From: Clostridia bacterium
GTDB lineage: Bacteria; Bacillota; Clostridia; TANB77; CAG-508
Length of the DNA: 64,000 nt
Direction of reading: 5' to 3'
Assembly (NCBI GenBank): GCA_017511265.1
Contig: JAFWKV010000001.1
Span: 553-64,552, forward strand
The translations under genes were made by a program, and so were the position numbers. The notes beneath the pieces were generated by a model. That model saw nothing but the letters and a program-made list of their open reading frames with translations. It ran no database searches and was not told where the DNA came from. Each line of letters opens with the position of its first letter. Position 1 is the first letter of the stretch. Shown piece after piece: positions 36,592 to 47,200 of this stretch.

Positions 36592-38000
36592 ATTATTTCT
36601 CCCTTCAAGTACCACATATGTTGTGATACTATCTTTAAATTTATAATTTGATCTTTTAAATTTTCGTCTCCCTCAAAAACAACAACCTTATTGCTTTCAG
36701 TTCTGCCTGTTAGCATATTAGGGTTATTCTTGCTCTTGCCTTCTACTAATACCTTCTGAACTGTTCCTACATATTTTTGATTATTTTCTTCAACTTGACT
36801 TTCAACCAATTCTTTTAGTCTGTCAAATCTTTTATGTTTAATTTCATCTGGTATTTGATTTTCCATTTTTGCTCCTGGTGTCCCTTCACGAATTGAATAT
36901 ATGAACATAAAGACTTGTTCAAATCTAACCTTTTCTACAATGTCTAATGTATCCTCAAAATCTTCTTCAGTTTCACCTGCAAATCCCACTATTATATCAG
37001 TCGTAAACACTACTCCAGGTATTTTTTGTTGCATTTTGCTAACTAACTCTAAGTATTGTTCTTTAGTATATTTTCTGTTCATTACTTTTAACATTTTTGT
37101 GCTTCCTGATTGAAGTGGCAAGTGTATTAACTTGCATACTTTTTCACAATCTCTAACTGCTTCTATTACATCATCTGTAAAGTCTTTTGGATGTGGCGAA
37201 ATAAATCTAATTCTTTCTATTCCATCTATTTGGTTTATTGCTCTAAGTAAAGTTGCAAAAGAGTTTATTCCATTCCAATCTAGACTTTTTTCTTTCCATT
37301 TTTCAACTCGTAAATATGAATTAACATTTTGACCAAGTAAAGTAATTTCTTTATATCCTTCTTGTGCTAATTCTTTGATTTCTCTTATTATATCTTGTGG
37401 ATGTCTACTTCTTTCTCTTCCCCTTACATAAGGAACTATGCAAAAGGAACAGAAATTGTTACAACCGTACATTATTGTAACATTTGCTTGAGTATTGCTT
37501 GTTCTTTTTATTGGCAAACCTTCATATACTTTTCCATCTATGTCTAATATGTCTCTTACCTTATTTCTTTCTTGTAAAGAATTGTATAAATCTTCCGGAA
37601 ATTTGTGTAGAGTGTGTGTTCCAAATACAATGTCTACAAATGGATATGAACTATTTATTTTTTCAACCATCTGTTTTTCTTGCATCATACATCCACCTAT
37701 TGCAATTATTGTACCTTTTTGTTCTTTTATTCTTTTTAATTCTCCTAGTTTTCCAAATAATCTATCCTCTGCATTTTCTCTAACACAGCATGTGTTAAAC
37801 AAGCATAAATCTGCATCTTTAAAGCTATCCACCTTGTTGTAACCCATTTGTTCAATCATTCCAGCTAATTTTTCAGAATCGTTTTCATTTAGTTGGCATC
37901 CCATTGTTATTATTGTATATTTTAAGTTTTTATTTTTGTTTTCGGTTTTAACTTTATTTATGTATTTTTTTTGTTCTTCAATTTCTTGCTTTGTTTCCAT
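36588..38000 (-). CDS. miaB: tRNA-i6A37 methylthiotransferase MiaB
   Basis: Radical-SAM CNNFCSFCIVP motif and a TRAM C-terminus. I placed the start at METKQE (RBS GGAGGAAAAA), because the longer ORF would overlap rpmE. Confidence 0.9.
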   Translation of the reverse strand: METKQEIEEQKKYINKVKTENKNKNLKYTIITMGCQLNENDSEKLAGMIEQMGYNKVDSFKDADLCLFNTCCVRENAEDRLFGKLGELKRIKEQKGTIIAIGGCMMQEKQMVEKINSSYPFVDIVFGTHTLHKFPEDLYNSLQERNKVRDILDIDGKVYEGLPIKRTSNTQANVTIMYGCNNFCSFCIVPYVRGRERSRHPQDIIREIKELAQEGYKEITLLGQNVNSYLRVEKWKEKSLDWNGINSFATLLRAINQIDGIERIRFISPHPKDFTDDVIEAVRDCEKVCKLIHLPLQSGSTKMLKVMNRKYTKEQYLELVSKMQQKIPGVVFTTDIIVGFAGETEEDFEDTLDIVEKVRFEQVFMFIYSIREGTPGAKMENQIPDEIKHKRFDRLKELVESQVEENNQKYVGTVQKVLVEGKSKNNPNMLTGRTESNKVVVFEGDENLKDQIINLKIVSQHMWYLKGEII

Positions 38001-38070
38001 TTTTTCCTCCATTTCGTCAAGCTTTATTTTATTATATTTTTCTGGAATTTGCAAGAAAAAAAATATAGTC

Positions 38071-38271
38071 TTATGCAAGACCATATTTTTTCTTAAATCT
38101 ATCTGCTCTACCACCTACTGTATCTTGTCTTAAATTACCTGTCCAGAATGGATGGCATTTTGAGCATACGTCTACTTTCATATCTTTTTTTGTTGAACCA
38201 ACTTCTAAAACATTTCCACAAGCACACGTGATTGTTGTTGTTTCATAAGCTGGATGTAAATCCTTTTTCAT
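38071..38271 (-). CDS. rpmE: 50S ribosomal protein L31 (Zn-ribbon type A)
   Basis: MKKDLHPAY...CACG...[10 protein letters not shown]. Confidence 0.95.
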   Translation of the reverse strand: MKKDLHPAYETTTITCACGNVLEVGSTKKDMKVDVCSKCHPFWTGNLRQDTVGGRADRFKKKYGLA

Positions 38272-38370
38272 TTATGTATTCACCTCTTTCTCACTTCATA
38301 ATAAATTTGCCATATATTATATTAACATATTTTTTTTTAGATTTCAAGTTTTAATTAATATTTATTTACA

Positions 38371-38532
38371 TTATTTTTTATTTTCCTGTTGGTATTGATT
38401 ATACAAATACTCAACTGTAGCTGTTAGTTCTTTGTTAAGTGATACTTTATTAACTAATTTTGACATAACATTTATTAAACATGCTACTATTAAAATAATT
38501 AACCCTATTTTTTTCCAATATTTAGCTAACAT
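38371..38532 (-). CDS. Possible small membrane protein (53 aa, below the ORF-track cutoff)
   Basis: My translation gives MLAKYWKKIGLIILIVACLINVMSKLVNK...QQENKK*. There is no strong RBS, so this is speculative. Confidence 0.3.
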   Translation of the reverse strand: MLAKYWKKIGLIILIVACLINVMSKLVNKVSLNKELTATVEYLYNQYQQENKK

Positions 38533-38601
38533 TTTTCTTCTCCTATAAATTAATTACATATTAATTATACTTTTTTTTCGTTTATTTGTCAACAATTCCT
38601 A

Positions 38602-39615
38602 TTAGATTAGCTCAAATGATATTTTTCCCTTACCATCTTTGTATTCTACTGTTGAAATACTTCCATTTATAATTGTCATGCTAGGTCCTTTGTGTGAAAT
38701 ATCAGCATCATAAATTATTGGTATATTTAATTTTGAAATGATGCTATCTTTTACGCATTCAAGCATATCATAACCTAAATAAGAATTATCATTTCCGCAT
38801 CTCCCAAAAATTATACCTTTTGTATACTTAAAATAGCCTAATTCATTAAACTTCCAAAGTGTTCTTATTAGCTCTTCTTTTGATAAATCACAATTGTCAA
38901 AGCACCATATAATTCCATCATTTTTATATTTTTCTATAAAAATGTTTGTTCCGTCATATTTTGTTCCAGCAAGTTCTGAAATTATGTCTATACATCCAGC
39001 AAGCATTCTGCCCTTTATAGTTGCAGTTTTACCATCTAATAATTTCCATTCGACTTTTTGCGTTAGATTATATCCTTCTAAACCTGTTACTTTTTCTTGT
39101 CTTTCATTTTCATACATTTCATAACTATGCTGTGTTAGCAAATTTCCCTTAACTATTTCAAGATTTTCTACTAAACTCGTGTCATATTCTTCAGCTCCAA
39201 AGCTTTTAAAGTTATTTCCATAAATTGTTGCTATGTCATATTTAGTTGTTAGTGGGAATAAAATGCCTGTTGGGTCTGAAAAGCCTTCTATCCATTTTGG
39301 ATTATCGACTAATTTATCAAAATCCACATAAGGTAAAATTTCTACTAAAAATTCTCCCCCGCTAGCACACCAAATAAAATTGATATCTTTTCTTTCAAAC
39401 ATTTCATTTAATTCTTTTGCTCTTGTTTGTGCATCTGCACTTCTACATCTGTCTGATTTAAAGGCATTTTTAGATAATTCTACTTTATATCCCATTTTCT
39501 CCATTTTTATTTTAGCATTTTTGTATCTCTTTATATCAAGTTCTTCGTACGCACCATTTGACGGAGCTGGAACTCCTATAACACTTCCTTTTTTTAAAAA
39601 GTTTGGATAAATCAT
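38602..39615 (-). CDS. S66-family LD-carboxypeptidase (LdcA/MccF-like)
   Basis: GFSDPTG nucleophile motif, with typical length and layout. Confidence 0.8.
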   Translation of the reverse strand: MIYPNFLKKGSVIGVPAPSNGAYEELDIKRYKNAKIKMEKMGYKVELSKNAFKSDRCRSADAQTRAKELNEMFERKDINFIWCASGGEFLVEILPYVDFDKLVDNPKWIEGFSDPTGILFPLTTKYDIATIYGNNFKSFGAEEYDTSLVENLEIVKGNLLTQHSYEMYENERQEKVTGLEGYNLTQKVEWKLLDGKTATIKGRMLAGCIDIISELAGTKYDGTNIFIEKYKNDGIIWCFDNCDLSKEELIRTLWKFNELGYFKYTKGIIFGRCGNDNSYLGYDMLECVKDSIISKLNIPIIYDADISHKGPSMTIINGSISTVEYKDGKGKISFELI

Positions 39616-39721
39616 TTTATTCACTTCCATTTCCTTATTATTTGATTATTCTAAATATATCACTTCTATTGTAGAAAGTAAATTAAATATAGTATATAAT
39701 ATAATAAAATAATTATAAAGG

Positions 39722-41053
39722 ATGGAAAAGATGAAAATTCAAAAATACGAAACTAATTTTAAAAGAAACCTTTTTTGGAAAGAAAGCACATTAAACACAA
39801 AACAATACACAGAAAAACAAGAAAATAAAGTAATAAATGTTTATCCTGTCATATCTTATCAAGAAATAATAGGCTTTGGTGGAGCTTTTACAGAAGCGGC
39901 AGGCTATGCTTATAGTAAGCTAAGTGATTCAAAAAAAGTTGAACTTATAGATGACTATTTTTCACAAAATGGCTTAAACTATTCAATTGGTAGATTACCT
40001 GTCGGGAGTTGTGACTTTTCTCTTAATTCTTATTCATATTCAAAAAGACCAGATTTGTCTGATTTTAGTATAGAAAGAGATAGAAAATATCTCTTACCTT
40101 TTCTGAAATCTTCACTAGAAAAAAGGCAATTGAAATTATTAGCTTCTCCATGGAGCCCTCCAAGCTTTATGAAATCCAATAAAATGCTAAAATTAGGTGG
40201 TAAGCTTTTAAATAAATATTATCAAACTTGGGCAGATTATTTGGTAAAGTATATACAAGCCTATGAATCTGAAAATGTACCTATAAAATACATAACAGTT
40301 CAAAATGAAGCAAATGCAACTCAAATATGGGAATCTTGTTTGTACTCAGCTGAAGAAGAAGTAAATTTTGCAACAAATTATCTATATTATGGTTTTGTAC
40401 ATAATAATATTGATACTAAAATACTGATATGGGATCATAACAAAGAAAAACTTTTTACAAGAGCTCTATCAGAACTAAGCACAGATTCTGCAAAGCAAGC
40501 TATTTCTGGATTTGCATTTCATTGGTATTCTGGTGACCATTTTGAAAATATTAAATTGACACATGATGCTTTTCCTGATAAGCTTTTATTTCATACAGAA
40601 GGCTGTACAGGCTTTTCTCATTTTAGAAAAGAAGATGAAGTTCAAAATGGCGAAATATATGCTCATGATATTTTAGGTGATTTAAATGCCGGTATAAATG
40701 CCTTTATAGACTGGAATTTAATACTTGATCATAAAGGAGGGCCAAATCATAAGTTAAATTACTGCAATAGTCCAATAATGCTAAATGATGCTAATTCTGA
40801 TTATGTTAAAAATTTAACGTATTATTATATTGGGCATTTTAGTAAATTTATTAAACCTGGTAGCAAACGTATTGCTTTTAGTAGATATGATGATAGAATT
40901 GAAGTAACTGCTTTTAAGAATACTGATGGTTCTATTGCTGTTGTTCTTCTGAATCGTAATAATTGGAACTATGAATATAATTTATGTATAAATGATTTTG
41001 TTATTCATGATAATTTAGATAGTCATGCTATTGTTACTTTGGTAATTAAGTAA
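39722..41053 (+). CDS. Glycoside hydrolase family 30 (glucosylceramidase-like)
   Basis: GFGGAFTEAA, ASPWSPPSFMK and ITVQNE motifs. Confidence 0.85.
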   Translation: MEKMKIQKYETNFKRNLFWKESTLNTKQYTEKQENKVINVYPVISYQEIIGFGGAFTEAAGYAYSKLSDSKKVELIDDYFSQNGLNYSIGRLPVGSCDFSLNSYSYSKRPDLSDFSIERDRKYLLPFLKSSLEKRQLKLLASPWSPPSFMKSNKMLKLGGKLLNKYYQTWADYLVKYIQAYESENVPIKYITVQNEANATQIWESCLYSAEEEVNFATNYLYYGFVHNNIDTKILIWDHNKEKLFTRALSELSTDSAKQAISGFAFHWYSGDHFENIKLTHDAFPDKLLFHTEGCTGFSHFRKEDEVQNGEIYAHDILGDLNAGINAFIDWNLILDHKGGPNHKLNYCNSPIMLNDANSDYVKNLTYYYIGHFSKFIKPGSKRIAFSRYDDRIEVTAFKNTDGSIAVVLLNRNNWNYEYNLCINDFVIHDNLDSHAIVTLVIK

Positions 41054-41214
41054 GTGATGCCTTGGGGACGGAGGAAAAAGAAGCGATGCCTTGGGGACGG
41101 AGGAAAAAGTATCACCTGTTTATATTATAGCTAGAATTTACAGTTTAAACAGGTGATACTTTTTCCTCCGTCCCCAAGGCATCGCTTCTTTTTCCTCCGT
41201 CCCCAAGGCATCAC
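41054..41214. repeat. 161-bp modular palindrome (two GTGATGCCTTGGGGACGGAGG-type modules per arm)
   Basis: It begins the base after the GH30 TAA, and its last base is the first base of the convergent gene's stop codon. It shares its inner module with the 17.5-kb palindrome. Confidence 0.9.
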
Positions 41215-41408
41215 TAATTATGGTCGTCAAATAATAATTTAATTCCCCATAATCCTGACACACCTACAAGTGAATAAACAATCCTACTAAGTATTGACAT
41301 ATCTCCAAACAAAGTTGCAACTAAGTCAAATTTAAATAGTCCTATCAATCCCCAGTTGATTGCACCAATTATAATTAAAGTCAAAGCTGTTTTATCTATA
41401 ATTTTCAT
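41214..41408 (-). CDS. DUF378-family small membrane protein
   Basis: IIGAINWGLIGLFKFDLVATLFG signature. The start at MKIIDK follows RBS GGAGGTG. Confidence 0.75.
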   Translation of the reverse strand: MKIIDKTALTLIIIGAINWGLIGLFKFDLVATLFGDMSILSRIVYSLVGVSGLWGIKLLFDDHN

Positions 41409-41512
41409 TTTATTTTGCACCTCCATATCTTTTATTCATATATATGTTATTTTTTTCAATTTTATTCTTTTTATTCATAAAAAAATAGTATGGATTTATT
41501 ATCCATACCATT

Positions 41513-42220
41513 TTAATTTTTGTTTAATACTTTTTCTACCAACTTTGATACACTTGGAAGTTCTTCTAAGGCTATTTCTTTTAATTCTTCAACAGATTCT
41601 TCCATACAATATCCATTGAAATCTTTTATCATTTGAATATCGCTATATCCATCCCCGATAGTATATATATTATTTTTTTCAACTCCTAATTTTTCTGCAA
41701 GCATTTTTATTGATTTCGATTTATTTACTTTATTCGATACAATTTCAATTGAACTTGATGTTATATTATATGATATTATATATTGCGAAAATTTACTGTT
41801 AATTTTTTCATTCATTTCAAGTGATTTCTTTTTAGTTGGATATTTTACATTTATTTTTGTCAAATTTGTGTGTTCAAAGTCAACTCTGCTTTCCAACTTA
41901 CTGCAACAGAACCATTCTGTTGATTTTTCTAATTCTAATTCGTTTTTTAATTCGTTTATTATATTATTATTTATCGATACATTAAAAATAATATCATTTT
42001 TCTTATTTAATATTGTTGCACCATGATTTATTATGCTATAATCATATATTAAATTATACTGATTTACCTTTTTCATTAAATCATAATAACTTCTTCCTGT
42101 AGCAATAATAAATTTATTGCCTAGTTTTATGAATTTGTCAACTGCCATTTTGTTTTTTTCAATGTCTTCATCATTTATATAAAATGTTCTGTCATAATCA
42201 CTTGCAATTATTTTTTTCAT
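41513..42220 (-). CDS. HAD-superfamily (Cof-type) phosphatase
   Basis: ASDYDRTF (motif I), ATGRSY and GDGYSDIQM (motif IV). Confidence 0.8.
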   Translation of the reverse strand: MKKIIASDYDRTFYINDEDIEKNKMAVDKFIKLGNKFIIATGRSYYDLMKKVNQYNLIYDYSIINHGATILNKKNDIIFNVSINNNIINELKNELELEKSTEWFCCSKLESRVDFEHTNLTKINVKYPTKKKSLEMNEKINSKFSQYIISYNITSSSIEIVSNKVNKSKSIKMLAEKLGVEKNNIYTIGDGYSDIQMIKDFNGYCMEESVEELKEIALEELPSVSKLVEKVLNKN

Positions 42221-42296
42221 ATATAACTCCTCATATTCAATATGTAACTATTTTACATCTTTTTTTTCAAAAAGTAAACTATATATAATAAAATCA

Positions 42297-42325
42297 TTTA
42301 CAAATTTATTTTTTTATTATATAAT
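42297..42325 (+). promoter_or_regulatory. Putative promoter of tRNA-Thr
   Basis: TTTACA, a 17-nt spacer, then TATAAT, ending 12 nt before the tRNA 5' end. Confidence 0.45.
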
Positions 42326-42337
42326 AACAAATATTAT

Positions 42338-42413
42338 GCTTCTATAGCTCAGTAGGTAGAGCACAGCCATGGTAAGGCTGGGGTCGCCGGTTCGATTCCG
42401 GCTGGAAGCTCCA
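42338..42413 (+). tRNA. tRNA-Thr (anticodon GGT), CCA encoded
   Basis: Hand-folded cloverleaf: acceptor GCTTCTA/TGGAAGC, D arm GCTC..GAGC, anticodon stem CAGCC/GGCTG with loop ATGGTAA, T arm GCCGG-TTCGATT-CCGGC. Confidence 0.9.
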
Positions 42414-42498
42414 GTAGCGTTTCTGTTCAAACTTGCTTTAGCAGATTCGTTTTTTTATAGTATTTATTTGAGAAATTAAATAAAAGAGGAGATCAACA

Positions 42499-43428
42499 AT
42501 GAAAAAATTATCAATAGTAGTTCCTGTATATTATAACGAAGAAAATCTTTTAGCATTATATACAGATTTAAAAGAAAAAGTGTTAGACGTTTTACCCAAA
42601 TTCAAATTAGACTATGAACTCATTTTTGTAGATGACGGCTCAAAAGACAATTCATACGGAATAATGAAAAATTTGTCAAAACTTGATTCTAAAATTGTTT
42701 TAGTAAAACTATCTAGAAACTTTGGTGAGCATTCTGCCATTTTAGCAGGACTTACAAAATCAACTGGAGACCTAGCTGTTCGTAAAGCTGCCGATTTACA
42801 AGAACCTTCTGACTTAATTTTAAAAATGATAGAAAAATATAATGAGGGCAACAAAGTTGTGCTTGCCACTAGAGCTGACAGAGAAGAACCTCTAATTCAA
42901 CGTGCATTTTCGTCTTTATATGCATTTATGATGAGAAAATTTGCCTTGCCTAATATGCCAAAAGGTGGTTTTGATAGCTTTCTTATTGACAGAGAAGTTA
43001 TTGATGTTTTAGTTAGTATGCAAGAAAAAAATACTTCTTTAATGAGTCAAATTTTATGGAGCGGTTTTAAAACTGACACTGTTCCCTATACTAGATTAAA
43101 AAGAGAAGCGGGAAAATCAAGATGGACACTTTCTAAAAAGATTAAACTTGTTATTGATTCTTTACTTGGATTCTCGTACTTACCTATTAGATTAATTTCA
43201 TTTATGGGAATATTTTTAGCTATATCTTCTTTTATTGGTTTATGTATTGTTCTTTATAGAAAAATGGTTGGTATTATTGATGTTGAGGGTTATTCTTCTT
43301 TGCTTATTCTTATGCTTTTTGGATTTGGTATTGTTATGTTTTCGCTTGGAATTTTAGGCGAATATATGTGGAGAATGTTTGATGCAACAAGAAACAGACC
43401 TCCTTTTATTATCGATAAAGATGACTAA
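42499..43428 (+). CDS. Family 2 glycosyltransferase, polyprenyl-phosphate sugar transferase type (GtrB/DPM1-like)
   Basis: LSIVVPVYYNEENL, FVDDGSKDNS, and two C-terminal TM helices. Confidence 0.85.
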   Translation: MKKLSIVVPVYYNEENLLALYTDLKEKVLDVLPKFKLDYELIFVDDGSKDNSYGIMKNLSKLDSKIVLVKLSRNFGEHSAILAGLTKSTGDLAVRKAADLQEPSDLILKMIEKYNEGNKVVLATRADREEPLIQRAFSSLYAFMMRKFALPNMPKGGFDSFLIDREVIDVLVSMQEKNTSLMSQILWSGFKTDTVPYTRLKREAGKSRWTLSKKIKLVIDSLLGFSYLPIRLISFMGIFLAISSFIGLCIVLYRKMVGIIDVEGYSSLLILMLFGFGIVMFSLGILGEYMWRMFDATRNRPPFIIDKDD

Positions 43429-43472
43429 AAGATGACTTTTGGGACTATCCCAAAAGTCATCTTTCTTTTTTA
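43427..43472 (+). terminator. Rho-independent terminator of the GT2 gene
   Basis: AAAAGATGACTTTTGGGA-CT-ATCCCAAAAGTCATCTT followed by TCTTTTTT. Confidence 0.65.
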
Positions 43473-43489
43473 CAAAAATAAATATAATC

Positions 43490-44137
43490 TCAAAAAATTC
43501 TTACAAACTCACAAACTAAAGTATCATCGCCATCCATATAATAATTTATATCATACGTTTTGGTAGATTCATCTTCTTTTACAACATATCTAGCACTATA
43601 TAACTCTTTGTTTTTGTATATGCTCTCTGAATATGGCATTTTGTCATCACTGATGTTTACCTCATTTGGCTTTTGTTCTAAATCCATTAACCCCATATTA
43701 GATTTACATTCCATCTCAAATTTTCTTATCATTTCTTCTGCTTGAACTGTCTCATCAATTTCTTCGTTATGTGTTAATTTATATTTTAATTGTACAATAT
43801 TTATTTTTGTATTGTCATCTCTTATATATATAACTTTAGCCATATTGTTGTCTAAATACATGTCTACATCTGCATCAAATGTATATGCTTCTTTCCCAAC
43901 TTTATATTTTGATGCTATTTTAAAATCTTTAATTTTACTTTTTGATGAAGCATATAGACTTGTATTTAGGTCTTCTATGTCAATCACTTGATGCGTATAT
44001 AAATGTAACTTTGCATTTGAATTTTCTTCAGATTTTTCTTTTTTTTCATTATGTAAAACTATAAACAGTAATCCAATTATAAACACAATTATGCAAATTC
44101 CCATTACAATTATATGTTTTTTATTTAAATTTTTCAT
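43490..44137 (-). CDS. Hypothetical membrane-anchored protein
   Basis: N-terminal TM helix. It lies directly downstream of the giant surface-protein gene. Confidence 0.5.
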   Translation of the reverse strand: MKNLNKKHIIVMGICIIVFIIGLLFIVLHNEKKEKSEENSNAKLHLYTHQVIDIEDLNTSLYASSKSKIKDFKIASKYKVGKEAYTFDADVDMYLDNNMAKVIYIRDDNTKINIVQLKYKLTHNEEIDETVQAEEMIRKFEMECKSNMGLMDLEQKPNEVNISDDKMPYSESIYKNKELYSARYVVKEDESTKTYDINYYMDGDDTLVCEFVRIF

Positions 44138-44204
44138 AAGTTATCCTCCATAACTTTTTGGGACGCGTTCCAAAAAGATCCGCGTCCATAAAAGTTTCTA
44201 TTAT

Positions 44205-47200
44205 TTACTGTCCAAAAGCTGAAAAGAATGTACTCAATGCATTTGCTGCATTATTTAGTAATCCGTTATTAATTTGTGTCAGGTAAGTTGTGTAATATGT
44301 TGTTCCATTAATTGTTTCTGTATCATCTTTTCTTTCATAGTTATCTTCTACCTCTGCGATATTTCCATCTACACTACCCAAAACGCCCTTCACAATTCCA
44401 TCATAGAATTTAATTGTTCCAGTATTTATTATACCATAGGTTGTTCCTCTTATTTCAGGTGAGGACATATTCACTGTTCCATCTTTTTTTCCTATTTTAA
44501 CTGTTGAATTAGCTGAATTTGTAATAGCAGCATTTGTAATACTACCTTGAGTATCTAAAATTATTGTTCCATCTTCTATTGTTACGGTTCCACCATTAAA
44601 GTTTTGAATAGTTCCTCTAGGCTCACCTGATGGTGCATTTCCTGTTGTAGTAGAACTTATAGTTGAATTACCTCTTATTTCTACAGTACCTCCATTGTTG
44701 TATACTGCTTGTCTTTCTCCTGTTGATATCATAGTTACTCCATCAATTATTACTGTTCCGCCTGCATAATTGTCAATTGTAGAAGATAATTGTACTACTG
44801 AATTTATAGTTCCATTTGTAAGTTTAATTGTCCCATAATTGTCTATAACTTTACTACTACCATTATTACTTAAAGTATTATTTTGTAGATTTATTATTAT
44901 ATTTTGTCCTGCAGATGTTTTAACATATTCTGTAGAATCCGTTAATATATTAATTGTTACCTCAGTACCATCTTTTGGTACTTGATTAACTGCCTCTTGT
45001 AATGTATTATAAGATACATCATTAATTTCTGCAGTGTCAACTACAGTCCAGTGAGCATAATATGTTACATCTTCATTTATTATTGTATCTTCTGTTATTG
45101 ATTCTCCACCTTCTTTTGATGTATACCATCCATCGCATTGGAATCCTGCTCTGGTTGCTTTTGGTAAGTCTCCTAAAGCAGTTCCACTTTCAACTAGTTT
45201 TGTTCCATTAATTATTTTACCACCATTTGGGTCGAAAGTAACTGTATATGTACTTTTCCAATGTGCATAAAATGTTATATCTCCATCTATTATTGTATTT
45301 TCTGTTATTTTGATTCCACCTTCTGCTGATGTGTACCATCCGTCAAGCATATATCCTGATTTTGTTGCTGTTGGCAATGTTCCTACAGGGTCACCTGGTT
45401 TTACTTTCCTTGTTCCATTAGCTATTGTGCCTCCATTTGGATCAAATGTTACAGTATCTTTTTCTTTTAGATAAACTACGTCATATGTATCACTATCTAT
45501 AGTTTCTGTTTTGTGTGCTATTACATAGTCATCTTCTATATTTTTTAAATGTTGGTCATTATCAGTTGCACTTGTTATTCCCTTTATAACACCATCATAA
45601 AAACTTAAATCTACAGTACTGCTTAAGCCATACTTTTTGCCTTGTATTATAGGAGTATTCATAACCATATTTCCATCTTTTGTTCCTATTGTCAGTGTTG
45701 TTTTACTATTATATAAGCCAGTTCCTGCACTAGATTCTGACCTTATTGTTCCTCCAGTTATTGTCATTTTGCTTTCATTTGATACTGCTATTCCATTATT
45801 TGTTCCATTAGTTGATACTATTGTTCCTCCAGATATTGTAACTGTTCCATTAGTATTATGAACTGTTCCTCTATTTTTGTTAGTTTCTACTGTTGCTTTA
45901 GAACTTAAATATGCATTTCCTGTTATTTCTATGGTTCCTCCTTCATTATATATTGCTTGTCTAGTTCCTGTAGTTATAATGCTTCCGCCACTAATTGTCA
46001 AATTGGCTTTTGATTTATTGTTAATAGCTCCTTGTGTTGTTGATGAGGTTATTGTTCCATTTGAAATTGCAAGAGTTCCAAAGTTATTAATTACAGGATT
46101 TACTCCATTATTACTTATAGTAAAATCTTGTAAATCAAATACAATATTTTTACCTGCAGCTACTTCAAGTTTTTCACTTGTATCTCTTAATAAAATAATT
46201 GTTTTTTGAGGTCCATTAGCAGTTACTGCATTTATAGCAGCTTGTAAAGTACTATAAAATGTCCCCTCAATTTCTGCTTTTTCTGTTTTCCATTGTGCAT
46301 ATAATGTTATATTTCCTAAATTATTTACTTCTTGTTGATATGTATATCTTGTTCCACTTCCATCAGGTTCGGTATTCCATCCCGCAAATGAATAATTTGT
46401 TTTTTGGAATGTATTTTTCCTTAATTTTTCTGTTTTATTGAACGGAATTGTTTGTGGTTCCATTGTTCCTGTTGCACTTGCATCATTTTTATCAAATGTT
46501 ATTGTATATCCTCCATTTGTAAAGTATCCTGGGTTTGATGTGCCCTCATCTATGTGAGCATATGTATAACTTACATTAGATGCATCATATACTGTGCCTG
46601 CTCCACCGACAATGTTAGTTGCACCAATAAACATATCATTACCATTTGCTGAATCCGTTATACCTGTTGTTACAAAATTTGATGATGCATAAATTGTTAT
46701 TAAATCTGTACAACCCTGAAACATATTATTAATTTTTGTTACATTTGTAGTATTAAAATTACTTAAATTTAAAGTCGTTATTCCACTACAACTATAAAAC
46801 ATATATTCCATAGTTGTTACACTGCCAGTATCAAATCCACCTAACTCTATGGTCGTTAAACTGCTACAGTTTTTTAACATTGCTTGCATATTTGTTACCA
46901 TTGATGTATTAAAGCTACTTATATTCAGACTTGTTAAGCCACTACATCCATCAAATATATTTGACATATTTGTTACTTGTGTTGTATCAAAGTTGCTTAA
47001 GTCTAACCCAGTTAGACCACTGCAACCTTGATACATACCCTGCATATTTGTTACACTTGAAGTATTAAAATGATTTACATTTATACTTGTTAAGCTACTA
47101 CAGTTTTGAAACATATTTCCCAAATTTGTAACATTGCTTGTATCAAAATTGCTTACATTTAGTGTTCCAACATTTTGGCAATTTGAAAACATATAGTGCA

